From NCBI GenBank assembly GCA_013265495.1, contig MU058198.1, forward strand, positions 7,021,779 to 7,085,778: 64,000 nucleotides of DNA, given 5' to 3'. The notes beneath the pieces are model-generated. The model was not told the origin of the DNA, made no database searches, and saw only the letters and a list, made by a program, of their open reading frames with translations. Below, piece by piece: positions 12,801 through 25,287 of the stretch (its first letter is position 1; the number at the start of each line of letters is the position of its first letter). The position numbers and the translations under genes are program-made. Source of the stretch: Vicugna vicugna (Eukaryota).

Positions 12801-15800
12801 TTCCCATCCCAACCCAACTCAGCTAGAATATGTTTGTTTGTTTGAAGGTTTTTGTTTTTAAGATTCAGGTACAGAGAAGTAAATTTATCATACTTCTTAG
12901 TGTGTGGTACTTAATCATCTTGGTCTATGCAGATCTTTTCTCTTTTTATTTTTTCCTTCATTCCCAATCCCCTGCCTGTTTCCCTTTTCCCCTTAGATAC
13001 CCCTCCAGTCCTAATGTTTTGATACATATGCTTGGATTATGTTTGTACCCTTGAAAAGCTAAAGCATTCTTTTGTAAACATATGCATTTTAAATTTCCAT
13101 AAATGACATTGTGCTATGGGTTGTGTGTTCTATTTCTTAATTCAACATGTTTTCCAAGATTTGTTCATGTTGCTGTGTGTACATTTAGTTCTTTGCTTCT
13201 AACTGCTGCACGGGAATCTATGGTGTGCAATCGCCATATTTTATTTATACATTCCCCTGAGGTTGGAGACCTAGCTTGCCTCCCGCTTCCTGCCCCCACA
13301 GGCGGTGCCACCGTGAGCATCTTTGTACACGTCCCCTTGTGGGTCCTGGGCCAGGGTTTCTTATGATTGTAGCTGGGAGTGGAATTGCTGGGCCACAGGA
13401 CACATACAAAGGAATTTCAGCAAGTGTTATCAGATTACTCTCCCAAATGGCTGTAGCACCTTATATGCTTGATGAGCAGTGCATTAGGAATCCCATTTCT
13501 GCATATCCTCAACAACACATGGCATCATCCAGCATTCTCATTTTGCCGATCTGATTGGTACAGAGTGATCTCATTTTAATTTGCATGCTTTCAATTACTA
13601 ATGCGATTTAGTATCTCTTCATATACTCACTAGCTTTTTTGGTTTCTCCTTCTGTGAATTGCCTATTCATATTCTTTACCAAATTTTCTACTGAGTTTCC
13701 TATCTTCTTCTTGTTGCTTTGCAAGAGATTCTTGCATCTTTTAGTTGAGTTCCTTGGGAGAATTAAGCCCTATTACCCTAAGGCATGTGTTTTTTTATAA
13801 TAAATTAACTTTTCTCCTAAGTATCTAGCATGGTACTGTTTACTTGTCATTCTCAGAAGAGTTGAGAAACTTGTTACTTTAATTATTTGCTGGGTTTTGA
13901 TATTCAGTGAGGAACCCCATTGAGGAAGTCTGTATCAGGTAATAGTTTCTAGTCAATTTTAGATGTTGCCAGTATTTTATTAGAATGTCACCTGTGTGTG
14001 GCATCTGTTGTTGAATAGAAATTTTTGTTTTTTTTAAATTATAAATAATTATTTATTATTTTTAAAGCAGTATATAACTATTGTAGAATTTTAGAAAACA
14101 GAGATAATCAAAAAAATAAAAGCACCAAATATCTTTCCAGGTCTTTTTCTGGGTGGGTGGGTGGGTGGGTGGATGGGGGTGTGTGTGTGTGTGTGTGTGT
14201 GTTTGTGTGTATTTTCTAAAATATGATTATGCTGTATGTGCTGTTTTGTAATTTGCTTTTTTGTTGTTTGTTAATAATTGCCATCTTTCCATGTCAATGA
14301 AATTTTATTTAATATCGAGGGCATATACAAATTTCTCCATTTGTTCCAGAAATGTCTTTTATAGCTGGTTCATCTAAACCAGGACCCAATTTAGATCCTT
14401 GCATTATATCTGGTTATTATGTTCTTTAAGTCTCTTCCAGCCCCAAACAGTCCCCTTCTTCTCATAATACTGACTTGTTAAAGAGAACACCAGTTGTCCT
14501 GCCCAGTGCCCTACTTTCCAAATTTACCTGATTTCGTTTGTTACCCTACCCTATCCTGAGTTTTCTGTAAACTAGATGGTAGATTTAAAGGCTTGTTATT
14601 AAACATTTTGGTTAGAATACATTATAAGTAAATGGTGTATATTTCATGTTGTGTTATATCGAAACCCAGAATATTGTTAACATGACCTGTCGTTAGTGAT
14701 ACTCAGAAATTGGTGCCTGGATTCAGGTGATGATGGTTTGACCCCTCCATTGTAGTTACATTTCCTTATTGCCAACTATAAAGTAATTTAAGTACTTTAT
14801 GAATGGCAGTTACCAATCAACCGCACATCAGTTGATGATTCTCACCTGAATCAGTAATTTCATTAGGGTAGTAGAATAATTATGTTACGTTCCTTCAACA
14901 TTATTACATGGGATAGTTGTAAAGTCATGCTTTTCATTGTCAACTGGAGTGATTCTTGATTTTAATATAATCAGATTTGACTCTTTTTTGTTTGCCTCAT
15001 GGTATATCTTCTTGGAATCTTGTTTAAGAAGTTTTTCTCTATTCTGTGTTTTTTATTAGTTTTTTAGTTTTATCTTTTAACCTAAATGGAATTCACTGTT
15101 GTAAATGTGAATTGTGAAGGGATTTAACTGTCTTTTGTTCTCCATAGAGTGAGCTAGTTTTTTCAGTGCCGTCTACTGAACAGTCTTTGGTAGCCAGCAT
15201 CCAAGGCTACCAGCAATTCTTGCCTCTTGCTTATTCAGGCTGTTTAGTCACCTCCCACACTGAATAGAGCTGACCAATGTAACCAGTAGGAGATGCAGAA
15301 ATGATAGTGTGACTTCTAAAACTGGGTCATAAAAGACATAGCAATTTCTGCCTCTCTTGGATCATTCACTCTGGGGAAGCCAGCTGCCATGTGAGGATAC
15401 TCAAACAGCCCTAGGGGGAGGTCCACTTGGTAAAGAAATGAAGCCTCCTGCCAACGGCCAGCACAGACTCCCAGCCAAATGTGTGAACAATCCCAGAAGT
15501 GGATCCTCTAGATCCAGTCAAGTCTTCAGATAACCAAAGCCCTGATCAACGTCTGGACTCCAACTTCATGAGGGACCCTGGTCCTAGGGCCAGGACCACC
15601 TAACTAGCCAATCTCAAGTTCCTGACCCACAGAAACTGTGTGAGATAATAAATATTTATTGTTGTTTTAAGCTGCTAAGTTTGTAGTAATTTGTTACCCA
15701 GTAACAGATAACAGATTTTGGTATCTGGAGTGGGGTTCTGCCATAATGAAAACCTAAAATGTGGGAGCGGCATTAGAACTGGGCAGTGGGCAGAAGCTGG

Positions 15801-18800
15801 AAGGACTTTGAGAAGAATGTTAATAAAAGCCTAAAGAGCTTTAAAGAGAGTATTCACCGTAATCTGATGACCTTGGAGGAGGCTGCAGTGTGGAACATGT
15901 TTACTGGAAAGTGGTGGGAAAGGGATCCTTGTTATGTAGTGGCAGAAGTAACAACTCTGTCTCCTACAGTTGTGCAGAAAGTAGAAAATATACCTGATGA
16001 ACTGGGTGATGCAGCTAAAGAAGTTTCCAGACAGCGTTGAAGGTACCACCAGATTTCCTCCTGCTTACAGTAAAATAGAAGAGGAGAGGGTAAACTAAAG
16101 GCACAAAAAATTGAACAAAAAAGAGCCAGGAATTTTGGGGCTTGAAAATTTCCAGCTTTTCAGATAACAGCTGGTGTTAAAATTAACAAATGGCTTCCAG
16201 GCAGTGGTCAAATACAGGGCATTCTCAGTAAAACATGGTCTAAAGATGAAGCGAGGATGTGGTTATAAAATCCTTTGTTAAGACCTCAGAAATATCCAAG
16301 AAGATGCCTCAGAGAACCATTCACTCAAATAATAGCACTTATAAGAAGCTTAAGGCTGTTGTCAGGCAGCAGCCTCAGCATAAGCCCAAAGTAGAGGAGC
16401 TTATCTCACAAAGATGTATGGGTGTGGCTTTTGTCTAATGAACTGAACCCCAGAACTTGCAAGACACCCATTAAGTTTTTAAGAGAATTATATTAGCAGA
16501 AACACTACCAACGTAGACTGGAAGGGACAGAGACAGTGCAAGAGGAGAAACCTTTGGACCCTCAAAGTTCTACAGGCAGAAAGCTGGCCAAGGAGACTAT
16601 GGAGCTGCAAACACGGACTCTCTCTTTCATGGAAAAGGAAGGATGACTCAGGTCAGAGCCAAGAGCCATAGAGAATCATTCCTGGACAGGAGTAGACATC
16701 AGAGAGCTCCCAACATTTGTCCAACGGATTACAAATTTACTTGAAGCAGTGATCTCTGTGCCTCCCCAGCCCCCGACCTTTTGAACAAGAGTCATTATCC
16801 AAATGCCTGTTCCACCATTGCATATTGAGTGTGTGAAAGAGATAACTTGTCTCTTTAGTTCAAGGTCTTCAGATCCAGAGGAAATGTACTTAAGGAGCTA
16901 TAGTTAAGGAACTATTCCCAAGGAGTGTCATTGCCACCTGGGCCTGATTTAGATGACCAGATTCTGTACTTCAGTGCTGTAATGGGATGAGACTTTGGGG
17001 GGTCTTGGGAAGGGGTGAGTGCTGTGCATATGGGATGGATTTGAATCAGTGGGGGCCAGAAGGTGGACTGTCGAGCTAGCCTCCAAGGCAGTCCCCAATG
17101 ATTCTAATTCCCTAGTACTTATTCCCTTGTGTTGTTTGCTCCCACACTGAATAGGGCTAACAAAAGACATTGAGGCATTCACTTTGCTCTCTCAGATTAT
17201 TTGCTCTAGAGAAGCCAGCTGCTGTATTATAAGGACACTCAAGCAACCCTATAGAGAGGTCCAGATGACAGGGATCAGATGTTTCCTGCCAATAGCCAGC
17301 ATGAATTTGCCAGCCATATAAATAAGCTTTCTCAGAAACAAATTCTCCAGACCTAGACATGCCTCCCAATTACTACAGCCCCAGCTGACTTGGCTATAAC
17401 CTCGTGAGAGACCCCATGCCAAAAACACTCAGCTAAGCCACTCCTGAATTCATGACCCACAGAAATGGATAATAAGCACTTGTTGGTTTAAGCTGATCAG
17501 TTTTGGGACAGTTTGTTACACAGTGATAACTCATAGACACTTGCCCCACTGATCTGTGATGTTCTCTTTATAAATATTAGTTCTCATGTATACACCCGTC
17601 TGTTTCCAAGTTCTCTATTGTGTTTCTTTGTTTTTGTTTGTTTGTACTACACTGTTTTCATTATTATGGCTTTGTAGGATATTTTAATATCTGGTAGGGT
17701 CAGTCTCTCCTCTTGCTTGACTCTTTTTAAAAACTGACCTGAGTAATAGATTTATTCTTCCATATTAATTTTAGAAAAAGTCTTAGGAGCATCTCAAAAA
17801 AAAAAGTCTTCTGGAATTTGTATTAGAATTGCACATCTAGTTTTTAGGTTGAGAGAGGTGAGAGGAGTTTTGGCATGATGATTCTAGAAGACAGAGAAGA
17901 GGAAAGAGACCTGTATGTCTGGTTCTGATTCTCCCTCCAACCTCCCACCCAGCCCAGTTCATTTATTCAACAGATACTTACTGAGCATCTACTGTATACT
18001 AGGTACTTACTCCCTAAGTGGGAAGAGATCATGAGCAAATATACCCCAAAATGAGAAAATGTGAGGAACTGAGTGCTATGAAGAAAGTGAACTGATAATG
18101 TGAAAAGGAAGAAGTAGGCTGCTTTAGCCGGGGAGCTTAGGGAGGAGGACCAGCACCCTCTTAGGGACACTGCTTGAGTTGTGATCTGAATGGTATGAAG
18201 GGGCCAGCCATGCAGACAACTAGCGTGGACCATTCCTGGCAGTGGGAGCAGCAAAGGCCGGCAGCACCAGCTGGATTTGTGAAAGAACAGGTGGGGCTGA
18301 AACCTAGCAGGCAAGGGAGAGTAGCAGAGATGCGATCAGACAGTTTGCATCCTGTAAGAGCCTAGTGGACCGCTAAGGAGTCTGGATTTTTTTCCCCAAA
18401 GGCAACAGGAAGCTTTTGAAGACTTTTAAGTAGGGGAGTGAGTGACCTTTGGTTGTGCTGTTAATCACCTTCCGCTTCTTCTCCAGCAAAAAAGGGAGAA
18501 CCTGTCCCCGCTGTGCCTCATCCCCACGGTGACATCTCCCCGGGAGGAGCAGCAGCTCCTGGCCAGCACCTCCAAGGTGAGGCCCCTAAGCCCTGTAGGG
18601 TGGAGGCTGGGGGCCTGTCCCTGCAGCCTGACCCCCACCCTTCTCCATCCTTTCTCCCCCAACAGCCCGTGGTGAAGCTCCTGCACAACCGCAGTAACAA
18701 CAAGTACTCCTACACCAGGTGAACACCTCAGGGGTGGGGAGGTGCACTGGGTGGAATCCTGGGCTCAAGCGTAGCCCTGCTCCTGGCCCAAGGGGAGGGT

Positions 18801-21608
18801 TATGGCCACACAGAGGGATGAAAATAATCCTGCCTGGATGTAAATTCCAGCTCTGCCACTTACCCACTGGGTATTTTGGACAGGTCATTTTTACTTCTGA
18901 GCTTCAGTTTTATCATCAGTAACCTGGGGTCCAGATGAGGATTAGATGATAATGACTATTATTTCTCAAGTGCTTATTTTATAACAGGCATGGCTCTAAG
19001 TGCTTTATGTATATTTAATCACATAATCCTCGCAGTTGTTTGAAGTAGGTTTTGTTATGGTCTCCATTTTACAGATGAGGTAATTGAGGCACCAAGAAGT
19101 GAAGAAACTTGGTTAGTGTCACTCAGTTAAAAAGTGGTGGAGCTAGGATGCCAGGTGAGGCAGCTTGGCTCCAGAGCCTGCATGAGTAGCCACTCTGCTG
19201 TGCTGGGGTTTTCTCAGCAAACGCTGCTTCCTTTCTGAGGCCTGCTCAGCCTGGCCCCAGGGGCGGAGGAAGCTCCCTGCTGAGCATCAAACTCCTAGGC
19301 AGGACTAGCATGCTGGGAATCTGGGCTCCTATGCTGGGGGGAACAGAGGGAGGGCAGACAGTTGTGCTGAGGCCTCCTGGCCCTCTGGTCCTCAGCACCT
19401 CAGATGACAACCTACTTAAGAACATCGAGCTGTTTGACAAACTGGCCCTGCGCTTCCATGGGCGGCTGCTTTTCCTCAAGGATGTACTGGGGGACGAGAT
19501 CTGCTGCTGGTCTTTCTACGGGCAGGGTCGCAAAATCGCCGAGGTGTGCTGCACCTCCATTGTCTATGCCACGGAGAAGAAGCAGACCAAGGTCAGAAAG
19601 GGTCCAGGGCCTGGTCAGGGAGGGCTGTGGTGGTGGGCAGGACCAGCACCCTGGACAGAGGCAGCTCCACAGATCAGGCAGGGGAAGTTCATCACCAAGA
19701 GTCAACGGCTGGAGTTCCAAGTTCTGGGGTCTTAGCTCTGTAACCTTGGGCAAGTCATCTTCTGTGGGTCTAACCTGTTAAAGGAGGGTACTGGTTGAGA
19801 GTGGAATTCTTAATCTAGGCCAGTTGGGTTTCAAGGCTGTCTTGAAAGGGTATGTGATTTAGGGCATGTGTGTATTTTTCTGTTTAGGAGGACTACAGAA
19901 TCTCAGAAGAGTCCATGGCCCAAAATAGGTTCTTAAAACCTCCGGACCTTAGAACACACTCAAGTTGTAGGTCCTGAGTCATTAATTTGGCAATCATCAG
20001 CAGATACTTCCTGAGCACTGCAAGAGGTTTGCAGTCAGGGTGAATGAAATTTAAGCCCTATCATGACATCTGGCCCCTGATGATCTTATCAGCTTGGTCC
20101 CTTCTGACCTTGACGTGAAGGATGTGCCTCATATACACCATATACACCAGAGATCTTGGAAGTCTCTAAGCACCTAGTGCTGTTCCACACCTTTGTTTCC
20201 TCTTCTTGGAATTATTTTTCCTCATTCCTGACTGCTTAATGAACTTGTGCTTAGTCTTTAAGACCTAAGCCAAGCATCACTTTCTCTGGGACACCTTCGG
20301 TCATGAACTTTCAACCCAACAACCCCAGACAAAGTTGGTCATACCCTCTTCTCACCTAAGCACAGTGTTGATTTATAAGTCTGCTCTGGGTAGGGGAATG
20401 TTTACTTCAGCAGTAAGGAGTTTCCTTCTTGAGAGCAGGGCTGTATCTTTTCCCCCCATCTCTCTAGCACTAGCCAGGCCTTTATCACATAGCAGAAGCT
20501 AGGAAACATTTATTGAATGTATGCGTGAATGAATAACCCAGCCTCCAAGCAGCTTCCTCTGTGACTGGGAAGACAGGAAGATAAACCAATCATGAGACTG
20601 AAGCTTGTTAAGAGTTTTGTTGTTTATGTTCCTCTGAGCCACACCAGGGGAACCCCCAGTCACCTCTTCATTTCGTCCCTTTCCACTCTCCTTCACTCTG
20701 CCTCGTTGCATTGGCCTCACTGCTGATCCTCAAATGCACTAAGCGTGTTCCTGCCCCAGAGCCCTTATGCTTGCTGTTGCCTCTTCCCAGACTACTGTTT
20801 CTCTCATTCTCCACCTGGTTCCTCCCCTCCCTTCCTGTGGCTGTTGGTCAAATGTCACCTTCTCAGTGAGGCCTTCTCTGAGCTCCCTCTTCAAAGTTGT
20901 GACGTTCCTGACCATAGCCATCCCTAACCCCATTTCCTGCCATATTTTTTCCATAACATTTATCATTATCTGACAGTTTATGTTTTATTACATGTATATC
21001 TGGGTCCTCCCCCTGGAATGTAAATTTCCTGCAGACAGGAACTTTGTTTTGTTCACTTCTATATTCCCAATGCCTAGAACAACACCTAATACAGTGCAGT
21101 CACTCAGTAAACATTTGTGAAATGAAAAAATATATCAAGAGACTTGGAAGCAAAGGAAAGAAAACAGATAACTCTTCCTGACCTCAGAGCTGGACCTTGA
21201 AGTACAAGTGTGACTTTGCTGAGGAACGAAGTTTCAAAGAGGACAGTCCAGGCTAAAGGAACCTGTGACTGCTGAGGCTAGGATGCTTGCTGGTGCAGGG
21301 GCAGCCTGGGGAGGGGATGGTTGTGTAGCCGGGCCAGAGGGAGGGAGCTGGGGGTTGCTGGCCTTTTGCAGGTGGAATTCCCAGAGGCCCGGATCTTTGA
21401 GGAGACCCTGAACATCCTGATCTACGAGACTCCCCGGGGCCCAGACCCAGCTCTCCTGGAGGCCACAGGGGGTGCAGCTGGAGGTGGCGGGGCAGGCCGA
21501 GGGGAGGATGAGGAGAACCGAGAACACCGAGTCCGCAGGATCCATGTCCGGCGCCACATCACCCACGATGAGCGTCCTCATGGCCAACAGATTGTCTTCA
21601 AGGACTGA
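9605..21608 (+). CDS. KCTD13: BTB/POZ domain adapter for CUL3-mediated RhoA degradation (BACURD1), 329 aa
   Basis: Exons 9605-9848, 11180-11349, 18487-18576, 18666-18718, 19396-19591, 21372-21608; all GT-AG; total 990 nt. BTB motif YVKLNVGG...[19 protein letters not shown]-terminus [14 protein letters not shown]. Confidence 0.98.
12950..15185 (-). mobile_element. Old, fragmented LINE-1 (L1M-type) sequence in KCTD13 intron 2, resuming at ~17540-17830 after the MaLR insertion
   Basis: Antisense L1 phrases, e.g. TTTTAATTTGCATGCTTTCAATTACTAATG and TTCTGTGAATTGCCTATTCATATTCTTTACC. The L1 sequence continues across the LTR element. Boundaries are approximate. Confidence 0.65.
14151..14210 (+). repeat. 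Compound microsatellite (GGGT)n-(GT)n
   Basis: Directly visible. Confidence 0.95.
15186..17539 (+). mobile_element. ERVL-MaLR element, MLT1F-like, with LTR-internal-LTR structure
   Basis: LTR1 ~15186-15713 and LTR2 ~17069-17539 share CTCCCACACTGAATAG, AAAAGACAT, GAAGCCAGCTGC, CTCAARCARCCCT and TGACCCACAGAAA. The internal part starts GATTTTGGTA at 15714 and ends in a purine-rich tract just before LTR2. Confidence 0.85.
17960..18440 (-). mobile_element. LINE-2 remnant
   Basis: TTCATTTATTCAACAGATACTTACTGAGCATCTACTGT (L2 3' end in reverse) followed by typical L2 body sequence. Confidence 0.6.
18950..19200 (-). mobile_element. MIR SINE
   Basis: MIR core CCATTTTACAGATGAGGTAATTGAGGCAC...GTCACTCAG. 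Confidence 0.7.
20680..21125 (+). mobile_element. LINE-2 3' fragment
   Basis: CAAATGTCACCTTCTCAGTGAGGCCTTC...CCCAATGCCTAGAACA...CACTCAGTAAACATTTG. Confidence 0.7.
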
Positions 21609-22127
21609 GCTTTGACCTTTCTCCCTGTTTTCCTCCACCCACTGGGACCCATTCCCTCTTTCTTTTCCTCCCCTTCCCAGACCTTTGCCCCGGCTTTGCT
21701 GGCCAAGTCGTGGGTCTTCCTTCTGTCCCTTGGTTGCATGGTACAGTTCACTTTGGCCCTTTTCCATCCATTCCCGCTTCATTGCTAACCATATGGTACA
21801 TTCCAGTCCTCCCCTCAGAGGCTTTCCGAAAGCCCACAGTCATTTCCTTATCGCAATCCTTGTCTTGCTCTCTTCCCTCACCAGCTAGTTTAGAAGGATT
21901 TAGATTTCCCTTTCTCTCTCTCTCTTTTTTCCTTTGGCACATTGTACATGCCAAAGTGTCAAGCCAGCCCTTAACAACACCCACCACATTCTGAGCCATC
22001 TCTTCACTGTTGTGCAGGGTAGTTTGCCTCCCTCCTCCTCCCTCACTACCCTCCCTACCTCCCTAACTTGTACTGAGCTGGCCTGGGCCTGCACCAGCTC
22101 AGCATCTTCTCAGTCTGTTTCATATTA

Positions 22128-22141
22128 TTTATTATTTTAAT
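22128..22141 (-). terminator. ASPHD1 polyadenylation signals (minus-strand ATTAAA 22141-22136, AATAAA 22133-22128)
   Basis: First hexamers on the minus strand after the ASPHD1 stop at 22469. Confidence 0.65.
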
Positions 22142-22146
22142 TTTCT

Positions 22147-22165
22147 ATTAAATTATTGGAATAAA
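22147..22165 (+). terminator. KCTD13 polyadenylation signals (ATTAAA 22147-22152, AATAAA 22160-22165)
   Basis: First hexamers after the stop codon, followed by GT-rich sequence. Confidence 0.75.
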
Positions 22166-22468
22166 GTTGAGTTGAGGGTCTGGTGCTGGCTCCCAGGGAG
22201 AGGGCCAGGGAGATGGCTTGTTAGGAAGTACTTGGCTAGGTGGATAGGATACGACCCAGACCCCTGCCTTTCCCTGGGCTGGTAGCTGGGAAGAAAGTAA
22301 TCAGGATCTAGGAGAGGATTTAAAATCTGTATTTCAGTATTTGCTGGCCAGTTCCCACCCTCAGCTGCACCCTGCCCCCTGCAATGGAGAGGTGGTCCTG
22401 GCTACCACTCAGGCCACGCCTGAATGCAGCATCTCTCCAGCCCAAACGTCTGAAGGGAACACCTTCCT

Positions 22469-25287
22469 TCAAGCGTCTGGTGCGAAGACAAAGTCTAGGG
22501 CCTGGCGTTCGGCCCCAGCCACGTTGGGGTGCCAGAGGTCCACGATGAAGACCACTCGAGGCCCGTCTTCAGGAGAACCTAGGGCACATGGGGATGAAGA
22601 CAGCAGAGCAGCTGATATTAAGTACTTACATGCTGGAGCACGCACTAAATACTCATAAAAGCAAACACTTTGTAGACAAGTGCCAGATACTGTTCTAGTC
22701 CCTTATATGTATTATCTTAATCATCAAAACAAACTATGAGGTAGTACCATAAGTATTCCCATTTTATACAAAGTAACTGAGGCACAAAGATGTTAAATAA
22801 CTTGCCCAACGCCACACAGCTAGTAAGTGCCAGAGGTAGGTCAGGAACCCAGGTGGTTCAGGCCTAGGCTTTTGTGAACCACTCTGCTATGCACCTACAT
22901 TAACTTATTTCATCCTTGAAGTCATCTGATAAAGAAGGTGGTTGCCCCATTTCACAGGTGATGGGAGGAATTTTGTGACTTGTTCAAGGTCATGCAACTA
23001 GAAAGTTGTGGTGTAGGACAGGAAGCCAGCTAGGCCTGATTCTGCAGCCTATAGTCTTACTTCCCTTCACTCTTTTTTTTTTTTTCCCATTCTGTGGAAT
23101 ACTTTAATAAACCAAAAAATTAGTCCCTCATCCCTCCTAGAAGAATGGGAGCTCCATTACCATTATGAGCCACTGTGTGCAGGAACGAATCATCCACCAG
23201 TAGACAGTGTCCCTCAGCCCAGCACTGGGGCTCGCCCCCAACCACCAGCTCACAGCCAGGAGGGATCTTCAGGCCTGTAGAAAGAGATCCAGGCATCCAA
23301 CATTCCTGACTCAGTCGAAGGAGCCCACCCCATTCAGTCAAAAGGCAGATTTGAGTATTAAACACCAGGTTCTATGGTGGCCCCTCCTTGCTCTCTGGAA
23401 GGTGACCCAAATATAATTACAATACAGTACTGGTTGAAAGAAATGCTAGGAGATAGGGGAAATGCAGTGCAAAGAACAATCTATTCTGTCCAGAGAGAAG
23501 GGAAGGCTTCCTGAAGGAAGTGGCATCTTCTCTTGGACTTCTGACAGTTTAATTCAAGAATCTACTATGTGCTAGGCCCTCTCTCTCCAGAAGGTATAAA
23601 ACTAATATTTCCATCCTACCAAGGACCAAACAGTTGAGTGCTGTGAGAAAACCAAGCAGCCAACCCAAATGACAAGGAATAGGAAGACATCTCAGAAGAG
23701 GTGTGGCACTTGAAAGTGTGAATTGTGAAGTGAAATTGTGAAGTGGAAGTGATAAGGAAGAAAGACATTTAGGTTAAGAGCATGTGTGTGACATCTGCCA
23801 GGATCAGCCAGAATTTAAAGCACAGTGGGAGGGAAGGGGAATAAGGGAACAGGTGGGAGATGAAGAGAGAAAAGAATTGGACTTGATCCTGAGGCCAGTG
23901 TGCTTGAAGTGTAGAACACATTCAACTGTTAGCACAGAAAATAATTTGAGGCGAAACAAAGTCATGGCATTAAATAACAGATCCCCCCCCCTCCGTTTCA
24001 ATCTTTAAAACATCAAAATGAAAATCTCAGTTTGGTGCTACCATAATTTTAACACCGCCACTAAAATTGTTCCTTTTTACAGAAAGAGAATGTAGGCTTC
24101 AGTTTCAGACTAGAGCATTTAGCTAGAATTTTATAGCTTTCTTTTTTTAAGTTTAATTTCATTTTTATGAATACTTTCTATTTAGGGCAGGTAATACTGA
24201 TTATCATTGTTCTATAAAGGTTCCTTTTAAATAAGTAAAACAAAGTGGGGGAATCAATATGAAAGCTTATGAAGATGGTTTGAAGATTTCTGAAGGTTAG
24301 GAAATTCTGTGGGCAACAGAGTCATGGAAGATTTCTCAGAAGAAAGGCATGATCAGAACCACAGTGTAGAAAGCTCCGATGGCAGAGAAGAGAGTCTGGA
24401 GGGGAAATTGTGGAAGCAAGGAGATTGTCTGTAAGCAGCATCTACTTACCCAGATGGCATCTGACCCGGGCATTGGTGGGCCCACAGCGGCCCTCGAGTC
24501 GGGCCCCAGGCAGGAGGACAGAGAAGCCAGCATTGCCGAAGGTGTTGGCACTCATAAAGCTTCGCAGGCCCCTCAGTGCCCGATAGGCTCCTGGGCACCG
24601 GCGGCAGTTGCTGGGTTGACACCGGCCTGCTTGGTACAGCAGGAGCTGGTAGCACCCAGGGGCCAGGGGTGGGGACCAGCCCCGAGGCAGAGGGGTAGTC
24701 CCTGAGAAGTCCCAGCTCACAGACCCAAAGTCCCGCAAAATGGCAGGGAAGCTGCTCTCCAAGAGTTCCACATCATGCCGCTGGGCATCCCTTGGCACAA
24801 AGGGGGCTGAGGGCAGGTCTGGCAGGAAAAGCAGGCCTGGGCGCTGAATGCCCAGGACCCCTGGCCCTGCCCCAGGGCCTGGGCCACCCTGAGCCGCCCG
24901 CCTCACCCTACCCATCCCTGCCCAGGAGTAGCGCCTGGCATAGGCCCGAAGGCGACGGCTCACTAGGCCTTCTGTCCTAGGTCCTTCCCCAGTCTCCCCA
25001 GAGCTCCCTGGGCTTGGCCTGCCAGCCTCAGAGCAGCCCCTAGGCCCACCACTGACACCCCCAGCCCGAGTCCCAGCTCCCAGGGCCTGCATGTCTTGGG
25101 AGCCCAGGCGGTAGCAGTACCAGAGGAAAAGGGAAGTGAGGGCTCCAAGGAGCAGGGTAAGGGCAGAGGAAGCCAGAGGCAATGGCCATGCAGGCATGAT
25201 TGGCAGGGAGGCCCTGGCCAAGAGGCCCGGGGCATCTTCCAGACCCCAGTTTCCCTGTCCCCCCAATTCCCCACCAGTTCCCTCCAT
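22469..25287 (-). CDS. ASPHD1: Aspartate beta-hydroxylase domain-containing protein 1, 353 aa from the first usable ATG
   Basis: Exons 25287-24450, 23274-23161, 22578-22469; total 1062 nt; GT-AG. TM segment [17 protein letters not shown]; motifs [21 protein letters not shown] and [11 protein letters not shown]. Strong Kozak context GCAGCCATGG. Confidence 0.96.
22660..22890 (-). mobile_element. MIR SINE
   Basis: CCCATTTTATACAAAGTAACTGAGGCACAAAGATGTTAAATAACTTGCCCAACGCCACACAGCTAGTAAGTG. Confidence 0.75.
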
